DNA of 64,000 bases from Candidatus Omnitrophota bacterium (GCA_041652815.1 JBAZGN010000001.1:253855-317854), one strand, 5' to 3'. Shown: positions 28,799 through 38,452, counted from the first letter of the stretch. Numbers and translations: made by a program. The notes: generated from the letters alone by a model not told the origin.

Positions 28799-29368
28799 TT
28801 AAGTTGCCCTCAAAATAACTTTTTCCAATTCTTTTAACGACTTGCTTAAATCTTTGTTTATTATAATAGAGTCATACTGCTTGGAAACTTTCATTTCTTT
28901 TTTTGCAAGCGTAATCCTCTTTTGTATGGTTTGCATAGCTTCAGTGCGCATCTTTAAACGTTTAAATAAATCCAACTCGCTCGGCGCGGCTATAAAAAGA
29001 GTGACTATTTTACCTTCTTTTTGCTTTTTTTTCAAATACATTCCTCCTTTTACGTCTATGCATAATATTAGGTTCTTATTTTCTTTTACCGCTCGGTCAT
29101 AAAAATATTTTGCAGTTCCGTAATAATTATCCAAAACCTTTTGGTTTTCAAGGAAAAATCCTTTCTCTCTTAGCTGCAAGAACTTACGTTTGCTGATAAA
29201 AAAGTAATCCCTGCCGTTTTTTTCTTTAGGCCGGATTTTTCTTGTCGTGTATGAAATCGCACGGATAAATTTTCCCTTTATATTTTTTTTACGAAAAACT
29301 TTATTTAGCAGTGTAGTTTTACCTGCGCCGGATGGGCCGGAAAGTATAATTATCGTGGGGGTTTTCAT
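28799..29368 (-). CDS. gmk: Guanylate kinase
   Basis: IIILSGPSGAGKTTLL P-loop; 189 aa. Confidence 0.9.
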   Translation of the reverse strand: MKTPTIIILSGPSGAGKTTLLNKVFRKKNIKGKFIRAISYTTRKIRPKEKNGRDYFFISKRKFLQLREKGFFLENQKVLDNYYGTAKYFYDRAVKENKNLILCIDVKGGMYLKKKQKEGKIVTLFIAAPSELDLFKRLKMRTEAMQTIQKRITLAKKEMKVSKQYDSIIINKDLSKSLKELEKVILRAT

Positions 29369-29509
29369 ATCAACGCGAATATTCGCAAATGAAGGCAGCG
29401 CCTTCTGTTTGTGTATAAAAATGCTTGCCCATGTTAATAGTTTTATTCGCGTTCATTCGCGTTTATACCTTAATAAAATTATCTAGGTTTAAATTCGCGC
29501 GTATTCGCG

Positions 29510-30289
29510 TCACTCAACATTCTGCGCCTGTTCTCTTATCCTATCCAAGTAATTTTTTGACTCGACAATTAGTGGCGCGATATTTTTCTTTTTTGTTTTG
29601 CTGGAAGCTGAATTTAATTCTCGTAAAATTTCCTGCGTCAGAAAATCAATCGACCTGCCTTTAGAAATAATTGCTTTTGCGTTTACTTTCTTCTCCAAAT
29701 CGCTGACATAAAAGGAGGCCAGAGAAACTTCTTCATTGATATCGTCCTTGCCGTTATCCTGCGAAGAAACTGCGGCGCTGCCTTCTTTAATAACCTTTAT
29801 ATTATCTTTTAGCCCCTTTAAACTTTTAAGCATATCCTGCCGTATTACCTCGCCTTGTTTTACTTTAAACTCTAATAGCTTTTTAAGGCCTTCTTTTGCC
29901 GCGGAAAATATCAGGTTCTCCTCCATTTTCTTTTCGCTCCAGGAAACTACTTGAGGAAGGCTGAAGAAATCGTTTATGTTCAGCTGCTGGGAAAGCTTAT
30001 ATTTTTTTGACAGCCTTTTGGCTTCCAGAATATATTTGGCAAGATTAAATTCGTCGATAAAAACATCGCTTTCGATGTGCCCCTTGAGGTATACGTAAAC
30101 TTCAATCTTGCCACGGGTTATTTTTTTCTTTATTTCTTCCTTGATTTGTTCTTCCAAAAGGATATTCTGGGAAGGAAAATCGTGGATTGAAATGTCCAGA
30201 TATTTGAAATTCGCCGAGCGCAAAGTAACCTGTATTGTCTGGGCTTCTTTTCTTTTATAAATATTCGCGTAAGCGGTCATTGACCTCAT
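29510..30289 (-). CDS. yicC: YicC-family stress-induced protein
   Basis: MRSMTAYA N-terminus; 259 aa; conserved yicC-gmk-rpoZ neighbourhood. Confidence 0.75.
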   Translation of the reverse strand: MRSMTAYANIYKRKEAQTIQVTLRSANFKYLDISIHDFPSQNILLEEQIKEEIKKKITRGKIEVYVYLKGHIESDVFIDEFNLAKYILEAKRLSKKYKLSQQLNINDFFSLPQVVSWSEKKMEENLIFSAAKEGLKKLLEFKVKQGEVIRQDMLKSLKGLKDNIKVIKEGSAAVSSQDNGKDDINEEVSLASFYVSDLEKKVNAKAIISKGRSIDFLTQEILRELNSASSKTKKKNIAPLIVESKNYLDRIREQAQNVE

Positions 30290-30526
30290 TGTTTCTCCTT
30301 TTTAATGAGCACATCATTTTTTAAAGCGCCTGGCTGCCAAAAGGCATCCGTGCGCGTAGAAAAAATGATAGTGCGAATTAACCCAGCACTAATTTTTGTA
30401 ACAGCATTATACCTTCACAAAAACATTTATACCGAAACAACTCTTTTGAATTTACTTCAAACATACTTTCAAAAATTAGTGCTGGGTAAGTTCAGCTACG
30501 TCCCGCCTTTGGCGGAACTGCTTCAC

Positions 30527-31033
30527 TTACTTCCACGCTCTTTTTTTAATCCCGCCCGAGCCTTTCTCTTCTACAGGATAAAGTTCATAAACTATCTCGT
30601 CCGGCTCAAACCATAATTTTATTTCTCTTTCTGCCTCTTCAGGGCTGCTGGATGCATGGATTACGTTTTCATATAATCCACTCGTTAAAATTCTTCCATA
30701 AGCACCCCTGACGCTCACCGGGTCTGCTTCTTCCGGGTTTGTTGCACCTGAAATCTGGCGCACTTTACTTATAGCATCCCTGCCCCAATAAACAAGAGCC
30801 ATAACCCTGTTTTCGCCATGTAACTGGCCTGTTATATACTTAACCAGCTCGGGGAAAAACGGCTTATCTTTAAGATGCGCGTAATGTTTGCGCGCTAGCT
30901 CTTCATTTACCTTTACTACTCTTGCGCCGATGATTTTTAGTTTTGTTTCCGAGAGGCGGCTTAAAATGTTACCGGTTAATGATTTCTTTAGCCCGTCTGG
31001 TTTAATAATTACTAACGTTGCCTCAGTTTTCAT
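30527..31033 (-). CDS. ndk: Nucleoside-diphosphate kinase
   Basis: TLVIIKPDG...NVIHASSSPEEAEREIKLWF (catalytic His). Confidence 0.9.
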   Translation of the reverse strand: MKTEATLVIIKPDGLKKSLTGNILSRLSETKLKIIGARVVKVNEELARKHYAHLKDKPFFPELVKYITGQLHGENRVMALVYWGRDAISKVRQISGATNPEEADPVSVRGAYGRILTSGLYENVIHASSSPEEAEREIKLWFEPDEIVYELYPVEEKGSGGIKKRAWK

Positions 31034-31039
31034 AATGCG

Positions 31040-31215
31040 AATCCTCCTTTAAAAGCTATCGGCTTTTCCGCCTGAGGCGGATCCGCCTGTTTTTCCAAGG
31101 TGGCGGACAGCTACCAGCTTTCAGCCGCCCTTCAAGGGCGCCCCCTAGGGGGACCAGCAGCTGATGGGTGAGGTCTCTCGACTGGCGGTTACGTTAATCC
31201 ACCCTTTTGGCAAAG
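31040..31215 (+). ncRNA. Candidate structured small RNA (possibly SRP/4.5S-like); strand uncertain
   Basis: About 175-nt GC-rich, hairpin-dense island in an AT-rich genome, between ndk and parB. Contains cccc-CTAG-gggg-ACCAGCAGC resembling the SRP RNA helix-8 AGCAGC side, plus a tight hairpin with T-run (caggcgg-at-ccgcctg-ttttt) at ~31067..31089. Confidence 0.25.
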
Positions 31216-31222
31216 GGTTGGA

Positions 31223-32059
31223 TTAAGAAGCCGTTGTTCTTTTTATTATCCTTTCCAGGTCTTCCAGGGAATAATATTCAACAATTATTTTACCACGATT
31301 GTTTCGTTTATTAAATACCCTTACTTTTGTCCCCAGAGATTTTTGCAGCCTATCCTCTACTTCGAGCACAAAGGGATTTGCTGGTTTTTTCTTTTTGGAT
31401 GCCCGTTGCACTCTTTTTTCAATCTCCCTAACCGGCAAGCCTTCTCTTAGTATATCATTAAAAATTCGGCGTTGTTCATCCTCGCTTCCCAAACCAAGAA
31501 TTGTCCGCGCCTGGCTGCGGCTGATTATTCCTTTTCTTACGGCTTCCTGAATTTCTTTCGGCAGTTTAAAAAGCCTTAGGGAATTTACTATTGTAGTTTT
31601 ATCTTTTGCTACAAACTTCGCGATATCGTCGTAACTAAATTCAAACTCCTCTATTAATCTTCTAAAAGCTTCTGCTTCTTCTATAGGGTTTAGGTCTTTG
31701 CGCTGTAAATTTTCCGTGATCGCAAATATGAAAGTATCCTTATCGTCAAGGTCTCGTATAATTGTTGGTATCTCATTGAGCCCCAATGACTTAGCAGCTT
31801 GGAACCTTCTCCCTCCGGCAACTATTTCGTAAACGTCTCCGGCAACTTTCCGGACTATAATCGGCTGGATTACCCCTTTCTCTTTTATAGAACGGGATAA
31901 CTCCTCCAGCTCTACCTCATTTACTTGGTGGCGTGGCTGATATTTGCCTGGCTTAATTTTATTTAAAGGCAGGTAGGTATATTCCTTGGGGGTGACGGCT
32001 TGCGATATTTTTCTTGGTATAAGTGCGTCCAGTCCTTTTCCTAAAACTCTTTTTTCCAT
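31223..32059 (-). CDS. parB: Chromosome partitioning protein ParB/Spo0J
   Basis: GGRRFQAAKSLG; ITENLQRKDLNPIEEAEAFRRL. Confidence 0.9.
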   Translation of the reverse strand: MEKRVLGKGLDALIPRKISQAVTPKEYTYLPLNKIKPGKYQPRHQVNEVELEELSRSIKEKGVIQPIIVRKVAGDVYEIVAGGRRFQAAKSLGLNEIPTIIRDLDDKDTFIFAITENLQRKDLNPIEEAEAFRRLIEEFEFSYDDIAKFVAKDKTTIVNSLRLFKLPKEIQEAVRKGIISRSQARTILGLGSEDEQRRIFNDILREGLPVREIEKRVQRASKKKKPANPFVLEVEDRLQKSLGTKVRVFNKRNNRGKIIVEYYSLEDLERIIKRTTAS

Positions 32060-32114
32060 CGTTTATCTCCCTTGCGGCCGCATGCGCCTTTGCCTGGCCT
32101 CGCCACTTTTACGA

Positions 32115-32993
32115 TTACACAGATATTTTTTTATCCGTGCCATCTGCAGTTTCCATCTGCCTGCCCTTAAGTTGGATTAAAGGCACCTGCGGTTGCAATC
32201 CTTCGACAAGATTTCTAATTAATTGGCCGATATCAATTTTTTCTTTCAGAATTTCTTCGGTTAAATTTAAGTATGCTTTTGCGCCCACGCATAAAGCGTC
32301 ATAAAAATGTATCGGCTTGCCAAAGCTTGGCGCTTCAGCAAGTTTTATATTTCGCGGGATAATGGTATTGAAAGTTTTTTCTTTGAAAAATTTACGCACT
32401 TCCTCTATCACTTGCAATGTGAGCCGGGTACGAAAATCTGCCATGGTAAGCAACACCCCCTCCAACTCAAGGGATGAGTTTAACCTTTCTTTGATAAGTT
32501 CTGTTGTGTGTAACAACTTGGAAACCCCTTCCAGCGCGTAATATTCGCATTGGATAGGGACTAATACACTATCTGCTGCTACCAGCACATTAACTGTAAG
32601 CAGGCCTAATGAAGGCGGCGCATCTATTATAATATAAGAAAATTTTTCTTTTATTTTAAGCAGCTCCTCTCTCAAGCGCATTTCCCTGCCTTCTACATTA
32701 ACTAATTCGATTTCTCCTCCGGTAAGTGAAATGTGGGACGGAATAATAGAAATACCCTGCCACTGGGTTGGATAAATACTTTCTTCTATTTTAGCGGTTG
32801 CGGAAATTACATCGTATATGGAGTGCTTTTCTTCGGGGTTAAACCCTAATCCGGATGTCGCATTCCCTTGCGGATCCATATCAATGATAAGAACTTTTTT
32901 ATTGGCGAGCCCTAAATATGAGGTTAAATTGATGGCGGTTGTAGTTTTGCCTGTACCGCCTTTTTGATTACAAATACCTATTATTTTGCCCAT
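32115..32993 (-). CDS. parA: Chromosome partitioning ATPase ParA/Soj
   Basis: GICNQKGGTGKTTTAINL deviant Walker A. Confidence 0.9.
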   Translation of the reverse strand: MGKIIGICNQKGGTGKTTTAINLTSYLGLANKKVLIIDMDPQGNATSGLGFNPEEKHSIYDVISATAKIEESIYPTQWQGISIIPSHISLTGGEIELVNVEGREMRLREELLKIKEKFSYIIIDAPPSLGLLTVNVLVAADSVLVPIQCEYYALEGVSKLLHTTELIKERLNSSLELEGVLLTMADFRTRLTLQVIEEVRKFFKEKTFNTIIPRNIKLAEAPSFGKPIHFYDALCVGAKAYLNLTEEILKEKIDIGQLIRNLVEGLQPQVPLIQLKGRQMETADGTDKKISV

Positions 32994-33002
32994 AATGTTT
33001 TA

Positions 33003-33150
33003 AAATAACCAATAACCAAGATACAAACTTCAAACAAATCACAATATCCAATAACCAATTACCAAACGGATATATTGCTTTTTTTTGGTTATTGAAACTT
33101 GGTAATTGGCCATTGTTTGGTTATTGTATCTTGGAACTTGGTTATTTCTT
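33003..33150. repeat. MITE-like long imperfect palindrome (CCAATAACCAA family); second copy at 60285..60432
   Basis: Left arm ataaccaataaccaagatacaaa...ccaataaccaa mirrors right arm ttggttattg...ttgtatcttgg...ttggttatt. Confidence 0.65.
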
Positions 33151-33172
33151 GAATTTATAGTATTTATGGCCC

Positions 33173-33188
33173 GTTTTCACGTGAAAAC
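33173..33188. promoter_or_regulatory. parS-like site 1 (GTTTTCACGTGAAAAC)
   Basis: Perfect 16-bp palindrome. Differs from the canonical parS core GTTTCACGTGAAAC by one extra T/A per half-site. Confidence 0.6.
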
Positions 33189-33253
33189 GTTACTTATAAA
33201 TAAATATATACATACAAGAGGCGTTTGTCAAGATGTTTTTAAAAACCGCTCAA

Positions 33254-33269
33254 GTTTTCACGTGAAAAC
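33254..33269. promoter_or_regulatory. parS-like site 2
   Basis: Identical 16-mer. Confidence 0.6.
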
Positions 33270-33430
33270 TTGCAGCTAATCGTAGATTCGTGCGACTAAT
33301 AACAATTGATTAACTTGATTGGATTGGAACATTCGCAAATCTTTTCATCAGCGCGATTATACGCACTATTTAATCCAGCCAGTTCAACTAGCCCACCCAA
33401 TTTAATTGTTTGCTTTACGCGTAGCCAGAA

Positions 33431-33446
33431 GTTTTCACGTGAAAAC
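33431..33446. promoter_or_regulatory. parS-like site 3
   Basis: Identical 16-mer. Confidence 0.6.
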
Positions 33447-33605
33447 GGCTATAGGTGGTTGTTAGTTGCTGAGCGCCTTTGCCCGGCTATGATGTGGAAT
33501 CTTGGCTTACATTTAATGAAGATTTGCAAAGATATCCTTAAATAGGCTAAATAATAAAGCTTTGGCACCAGTATCGGCTTGAAGTTTGCGAAGTGCGTTT
33601 TCCCC

Positions 33606-33621
33606 GTTTTCACGTGAAAAC
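33606..33621. promoter_or_regulatory. parS-like site 4
   Basis: Identical 16-mer. Confidence 0.6.
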
Positions 33622-33665
33622 GGGTATCTTATTTAGCAGGAAGTGTCCAGCTTTGGTTTTTTGAT

Positions 33666-35111
33666 TTAGCTTACCTGGGGCGTTTTCACGTGAAAACGTG
33701 CTTTTGCTACACGCATTTGATAGGTTAAAGTCAGAATGTTTTGGACAAGCCAGTAAAGGGTAAGGCAAGAAGCAAAATTATACAAAATCACGCCAAACAT
33801 AAGAGACATCACTAGCCCGGCTGAACCCATGGATTTTTGTTCGCCGGAAACTGAAGGGGGAGTCATAAATTTTTGCTGGATTACTCCTGTTATCATCATC
33901 CCAATAGGCAAAAGATTTATATAATCAACCGGCGGGGGGAAGGGGAGCTTAAATGCATGGTCAGCTAAAGATAAATCCTTAATCCATAAAAAGCTCGCGC
34001 CTTTTAATTCAGTTAATTTTGGCAAAACTTGCCAAAGTGCAAGAAAAATGGGCATTTGGAAGAGCATAGGCAAGCATCCGCCCATCATCTTTTTGTTATA
34101 TTCCTGTAATAGCTCTCTTTCTTCTTTGTTAATTTTTTGAAGATTTCCTTTATATTTTTTGTTTAACTCGGCAATTCGCGGCTGCATTGCCTGCGTTTGC
34201 TTCATAGCTTTGGTACTTTTTGAAGTAAAAGGGAAAAAAATAAGATAAACTATTACTGCCAGTAAAATAATACTTAAGCCCCAACTTTTAGTTACAACGT
34301 ATAGGGAGTTTAGAAGCCAGGCCAAGCCAACACCAATGCCGTGGAAAAATCCATAATGCACAATTCCTTGTAGTCCAAAAGGTTGCAATGTTTTTTTTGT
34401 TTGAGGGCCCAGGTAAAGTGAAACTTCGGCAGAAGGGGACAAAAGAATAAAGTAAAAATTTTCTTTCTCTTTAAGCCACTTCACAGAATAAGAGCCTTTT
34501 AAGAGCGAGGCGCAGAAATATCTTCCGGTAACGCCGGAAAATTCGACATCGCTCATGGTGGTTTCTCTTATTTTTGCAAGATTTATTTTGCGAAAACTCT
34601 CTTTTTGGACGTAAAATACTTCTTGATATGGTTGCTCTAAATTCTTGCCTTGCAATGAGTTAGAGAATAAAATCAGGCCAGAGGCAGCGGGGAGAGAGCT
34701 TTTTATTTTTAGCAGATAGCCTTCAAAAATAAACTCTTTAGTTGCTCCGTCTGCGGAAGTAAAAATAATTCTATCGTCTTTTATTTTCGCTGTGAATTTT
34801 CTGTTTATATCGTCTAAGGCTAAACCTATGTTTTTAAACGGCAGTTCTTCATTGTAGGGCTTGGCAAAAATTTTCTTTACATAACCGCCACTTAGAGAAT
34901 AGGTTACAACAAAATTCCCCATTGTTGCTTCAGGCAATTTTTCCGAGCCTTCTACTATATCTATTTGTGTTTGTGTGGTTTTTGCCGAGTCTGCTTCTTG
35001 AACAGGTTGGGTTGGCTGGGTTTGTTTAGGAAAATATTTCTGCATTACAAACATGTAACCCATCACAAACAAAAAAGTTATGATTAAAGTTTTAACTAAT
35101 TGTTTTTCCAT
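33666..35111 (-). CDS. yidC: Membrane protein insertase YidC
   Basis: C-terminal 60-kDa IMP domain motifs (GCLPMLFQMPIFLALWQVL, multiple TMs); conserved position next to yidD/rpmH. Confidence 0.85.
   Translation of the reverse strand: MEKQLVKTLIITFLFVMGYMFVMQKYFPKQTQPTQPVQEADSAKTTQTQIDIVEGSEKLPEATMGNFVVTYSLSGGYVKKIFAKPYNEELPFKNIGLALDDINRKFTAKIKDDRIIFTSADGATKEFIFEGYLLKIKSSLPAASGLILFSNSLQGKNLEQPYQEVFYVQKESFRKINLAKIRETTMSDVEFSGVTGRYFCASLLKGSYSVKWLKEKENFYFILLSPSAEVSLYLGPQTKKTLQPFGLQGIVHYGFFHGIGVGLAWLLNSLYVVTKSWGLSIILLAVIVYLIFFPFTSKSTKAMKQTQAMQPRIAELNKKYKGNLQKINKEERELLQEYNKKMMGGCLPMLFQMPIFLALWQVLPKLTELKGASFLWIKDLSLADHAFKLPFPPPVDYINLLPIGMMITGVIQQKFMTPPSVSGEQKSMGSAGLVMSLMFGVILYNFASCLTLYWLVQNILTLTYQMRVAKARFHVKTPQVS
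33682..33697. promoter_or_regulatory. parS-like site 5 (overlaps the last codons of yidC)
   Basis: Identical 16-mer; it encodes ...FHVK... of the YidC C-terminal tail. Confidence 0.6.
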
Positions 35112-35204
35112 TTCTCCTCACTTCGTTCGGAAGAAACTAGATTACAGTTTACAGAAACCAGTAAAGGCTTTTTCTGGTTTCTGTGCTCTGGTTTCTGGTT
35201 TTCT

Positions 35205-35444
35205 TTATTTCACCGGATCAAATCCGCCTTTTGACAGAGGATGGCACCTTAAAATACGGGCAACCGAGAGCTTAAACGCCTTTAAAAACGGGTATTTCAG
35301 GAATGCTTCTTTCGCATAACAAGAACACGTTGGTATATATTTACATTGCGAAGGAAACATAAATGAAATTTTTTGGTAAAATGAAATCAGCCAAACGGCG
35401 AGTGAATTCACCCCGTTAGACCTATATGTATACGCATTATCCAT
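35205..35444 (-). CDS. yidD: Membrane protein insertion efficiency factor YidD
   Basis: FYQKISFMFPSQCKYIPTCSCYAKEA...RILRCHPLSKGGFDPV (YidD signature). Confidence 0.7.
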   Translation of the reverse strand: MDNAYTYRSNGVNSLAVWLISFYQKISFMFPSQCKYIPTCSCYAKEAFLKYPFLKAFKLSVARILRCHPLSKGGFDPVK

Positions 35445-35503
35445 TATTATAAAACAAGGGCCTTTTAAAAATTAAGGCTGGTCTAACGGGGTTCATACTA
35501 GAA

Positions 35504-35641
35504 CTATACAGTAAGGCGGGCTCTTCCTTTTTGTCTTCTTCTTCTTAGAACCTTTCTACCGCCTTTTGTAGACATTCTTGCCCGAAAGCCATGTCTTCTT
35601 TTACCTTTTATTTTTGTTGGAGTTTTAAGATGTTTTTTCAT
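35504..35641 (-). CDS. rpmH: 50S ribosomal protein L34
   Basis: Minus-strand translation [45 protein letters not shown]. Below the 60-aa cutoff of the ORF track. Confidence 0.8.
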   Translation of the reverse strand: MKKHLKTPTKIKGKRRHGFRARMSTKGGRKVLRRRRQKGRARLTV

Positions 35642-35926
35642 CGGACACAAATTTTAGCACAATCTACATTTGTGTCAACTATATTTAGATAAAAGTTAAT
35701 AGGTTGGCAAGTTGATAGGTTGTTAAGTTTGTAGGTTGGAACCTATCAACATAGCAACTTATTAACATAATAACCTATTTATCTATTGCAAATCAAATTT
35801 GTTACGATATAATTTTAATGTTTCTACCCCGGATAGATGGTTGTGAATAACTTGTGAATTTTGTGAATTGCCTTCAGGCCACGTTTAGGTACCCCAAACG
35901 TGGCCAAAAATTAGGTTTGTGCTGCT
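35642..35926. promoter_or_regulatory. Putative oriC / dnaA promoter region
   Basis: rpmH-dnaA intergenic spacer. Carries an AT-rich stretch, one DnaA-box-like TTATTCACA with two weaker neighbours (tgtgaattt, tgtgaattg), and five ATAGGTTG/CAACCTAT iterated motifs. Also has the perfect 10-bp-arm hairpin ggccacgttt-N9-aaacgtggcc. Confidence 0.45.
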
Positions 35927-37258
35927 ATGGAAAAGGTTTGGCAAGCTTGTAGAGAAAATTTAAAAATATTCCTCGGTGAAACTTCCTTTGATACCTGGAT
36001 TAATCCTTTAAAATTCAAGAAAATTGAGGGTTTTACGCTAACGCTGGAAGCGCCGGATGGTTTCTTTAAGAACTGGGTGGAAACTACTTATTTACCCCAA
36101 ATAAAGCAGGCACTAAAGGAGGTTACCCAAAAAGACTTTGAGGTTGCCTTCGAAGTTAACCCGACCCTCTTAAAAAAGGGCGCGAATAAAATTTTTCGGA
36201 CAATCGGGGCGAGTTTTAAGGAAGAGCCGCAGGATTCCATACGTTTAAACCAGCGTTTTACTTTTGATAATTTTATAGTCGGCGCATCCAACCGAATGGC
36301 TCACGCAGCTTCCTTGGCGGTTTCAAATGCTCCGGGAAAATCTTACAACCCTCTTTTTATTTATGGAGGAGTGGGCCTTGGCAAAACTCATTTGATGCAG
36401 GCGATAGCTAACCATGCGCTCACTCAAAATTCTCAGGCCAAAGTAAAATACACTTCCTCGGAAAAATTTACCAATGAACTGATTATGGCGATACAAACCC
36501 GTTCCACGGAAAAATTCCGCCAAAAATACAGAAACATCGACCTTCTTTTAATAGACGATATCCAGTTCTTGGCCGGCAAGGAAGCTGCCCAGGAAGAATT
36601 CTTCCATACCTTTAATGTTTTATATGACTACCACAAACAAATAGTTGTTTCCTCGGACAGGCCCCCCAAGGAAATCCCAAAATTGGAGGAGAGGCTGGTT
36701 TCGCGTTTCAGCTGGGGGCTGGTTGTAGATATTCAATTGCCAGATTTTGAAACCAGGGTAGCGATACTTCGGAAAAAACTGGAAAAAGACCCGGTAAAAA
36801 TAGACGAAGATGTTATTACTTTTATCGCTAAAAACATCACCACAAACATCCGGGAGCTGGAAGGCGCGCTTATAAGAATTATCGCTTATTCTTTGATAGA
36901 AAATAAGCCTATTACTTTTGATTTAGCAAAAGAAATCTTAAAAGATATGGTTAAGGAAATTTATAAAAGGGTAACGCCCGACCTTATCGTAGAAAAGGTG
37001 AGCGGTTATTTTAATATTTCCAAGGAAGATCTAAAAAGGGGCAAGCGCAGTAAAACCCTGGTGTTACCTAGGCAAATAACTATGTATTTAGTAAGAGAGT
37101 TAACCGATCTTTCTCTGCCGGAAATTGGTGTATCTTTGGGGGCTAAGCACCATACAACAATTCTTTATGCGCACAAAAAAGTAAAAGAGAGCCTAAAGGA
37201 CAACCAAAAACTTAAACTTATTATTGACAGCATCAAACAGGAAATTAAGAGCTTATAA
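35927..37258 (+). CDS. dnaA: Chromosomal replication initiator DnaA
   Basis: GGVGLGKTHLMQAI Walker A; LLIDDIQFLAGKE; C-terminal HTH region; 443 aa. Confidence 0.95.
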   Translation: MEKVWQACRENLKIFLGETSFDTWINPLKFKKIEGFTLTLEAPDGFFKNWVETTYLPQIKQALKEVTQKDFEVAFEVNPTLLKKGANKIFRTIGASFKEEPQDSIRLNQRFTFDNFIVGASNRMAHAASLAVSNAPGKSYNPLFIYGGVGLGKTHLMQAIANHALTQNSQAKVKYTSSEKFTNELIMAIQTRSTEKFRQKYRNIDLLLIDDIQFLAGKEAAQEEFFHTFNVLYDYHKQIVVSSDRPPKEIPKLEERLVSRFSWGLVVDIQLPDFETRVAILRKKLEKDPVKIDEDVITFIAKNITTNIRELEGALIRIIAYSLIENKPITFDLAKEILKDMVKEIYKRVTPDLIVEKVSGYFNISKEDLKRGKRSKTLVLPRQITMYLVRELTDLSLPEIGVSLGAKHHTTILYAHKKVKESLKDNQKLKLIIDSIKQEIKSL

Positions 37259-37354
37259 AAAATTTTTTGTGAATAAAAAACTGGTTTTATTTTTTGTTTC
37301 TGATACAATTACAGTTCTTAACAGATTTCACAGCGCCTATTACGGCTACTACTT

Positions 37355-38452
37355 ATGAAGTTTATTATTAATAAAGAAGTATTACTAGACAACCTGCAAA
37401 AAGTTTTAGGGCCAACTACCTCAAAACAAAACTTCCCTATTTTAAACAGTGTTCTTATTAGCTCTAGCGGCAATAAGCTGAAATTCATTGCAACCGACCT
37501 GGATATTACAATTATTACCTTGCAAGAAGCGAATGTTATAGAAAAAGGGAAGATTGCTATACCCATGAAGAGGTTTATCTCTATTATTAGAGAGCTTCCC
37601 CCTGAGGAAATAACTGTGGAAATGATAAAGAACAACCTCTTCATAAGATGTGGAAAAATTGAGTTCAAAATAAACACGCTAAACCCGGCGGAATTCCCGC
37701 AAATCGAAGAAGAAAAAGACGTGTCTCTTATCAGGATAAACCCAGTGACACTGGAAGAAATGATTCGGATGACTTCTTTTTGTGTGGGGTACGAAGACGT
37801 AAACTATGTTTTAAACGGAATACTTTTCGATATTAGCGAAGACACAATAAGCCTAATTGCAACAGACGGTAAAAGGTTGTCCTTTATAAAAAAACAATTG
37901 CCGGCGAACCAACCGGAAATAAAAACAAAAATTTCGTTTATCCTGCCAATTAAAGCCATAAATGAACTATATAAACTCATAAAAGAAAAAGAAGAGGATA
38001 TTTTTCTTTTTGTAAAAGAAAACAAGGTAGGGTTTGACTTTAAAGACACCCAGTTTATTACGCGGCCAATAGAAGGGGAATTCCCAAATTATTTACAGTA
38101 CATACCCAACGAAACCAAAGATAAATTGGTAGTTAACAGGCAGGATTTTTCACTTGCCCTAAGAAGAGCAGATTTACTTTCAACACAGGATTACCAAGGG
38201 GTCAGGTTTGAATTAAAAAAAGACAGCCTGGTTGTTTCAAAGTCTACACCTCAACTGGGAGAGGCGAAGGAAGTGGTTGAGGCTAGATATACAGGAGCTA
38301 ACCTTGAGATAGGATTTAACCCAAACTATTTAAATGATGTTTTAAAGAATTTAAATGAAGTGGAAGTTAGTTTTGAATTTTTTGGGGCAGATAAACCCGC
38401 GGTTTTAAGAAAAGAAGGTTTTATCTATCTCATTCTTCCCATGAAAATATAA
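37355..38452 (+). CDS. dnaN: DNA polymerase III beta sliding clamp
   Basis: 365 aa; MKFIINKEVLLDNLQKV N-terminus and three-domain length typical of DnaN; directly downstream of dnaA. Confidence 0.9.
   Translation: MKFIINKEVLLDNLQKVLGPTTSKQNFPILNSVLISSSGNKLKFIATDLDITIITLQEANVIEKGKIAIPMKRFISIIRELPPEEITVEMIKNNLFIRCGKIEFKINTLNPAEFPQIEEEKDVSLIRINPVTLEEMIRMTSFCVGYEDVNYVLNGILFDISEDTISLIATDGKRLSFIKKQLPANQPEIKTKISFILPIKAINELYKLIKEKEEDIFLFVKENKVGFDFKDTQFITRPIEGEFPNYLQYIPNETKDKLVVNRQDFSLALRRADLLSTQDYQGVRFELKKDSLVVSKSTPQLGEAKEVVEARYTGANLEIGFNPNYLNDVLKNLNEVEVSFEFFGADKPAVLRKEGFIYLILPMKI

Noticed and set aside
35642-35926. Multiple canonical DnaA boxes (TTATCCACA)
   Set aside because: Only one close match (TTATTCACA) and two weak ones. 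Reported as a putative oriC with low confidence rather than annotating individual boxes.
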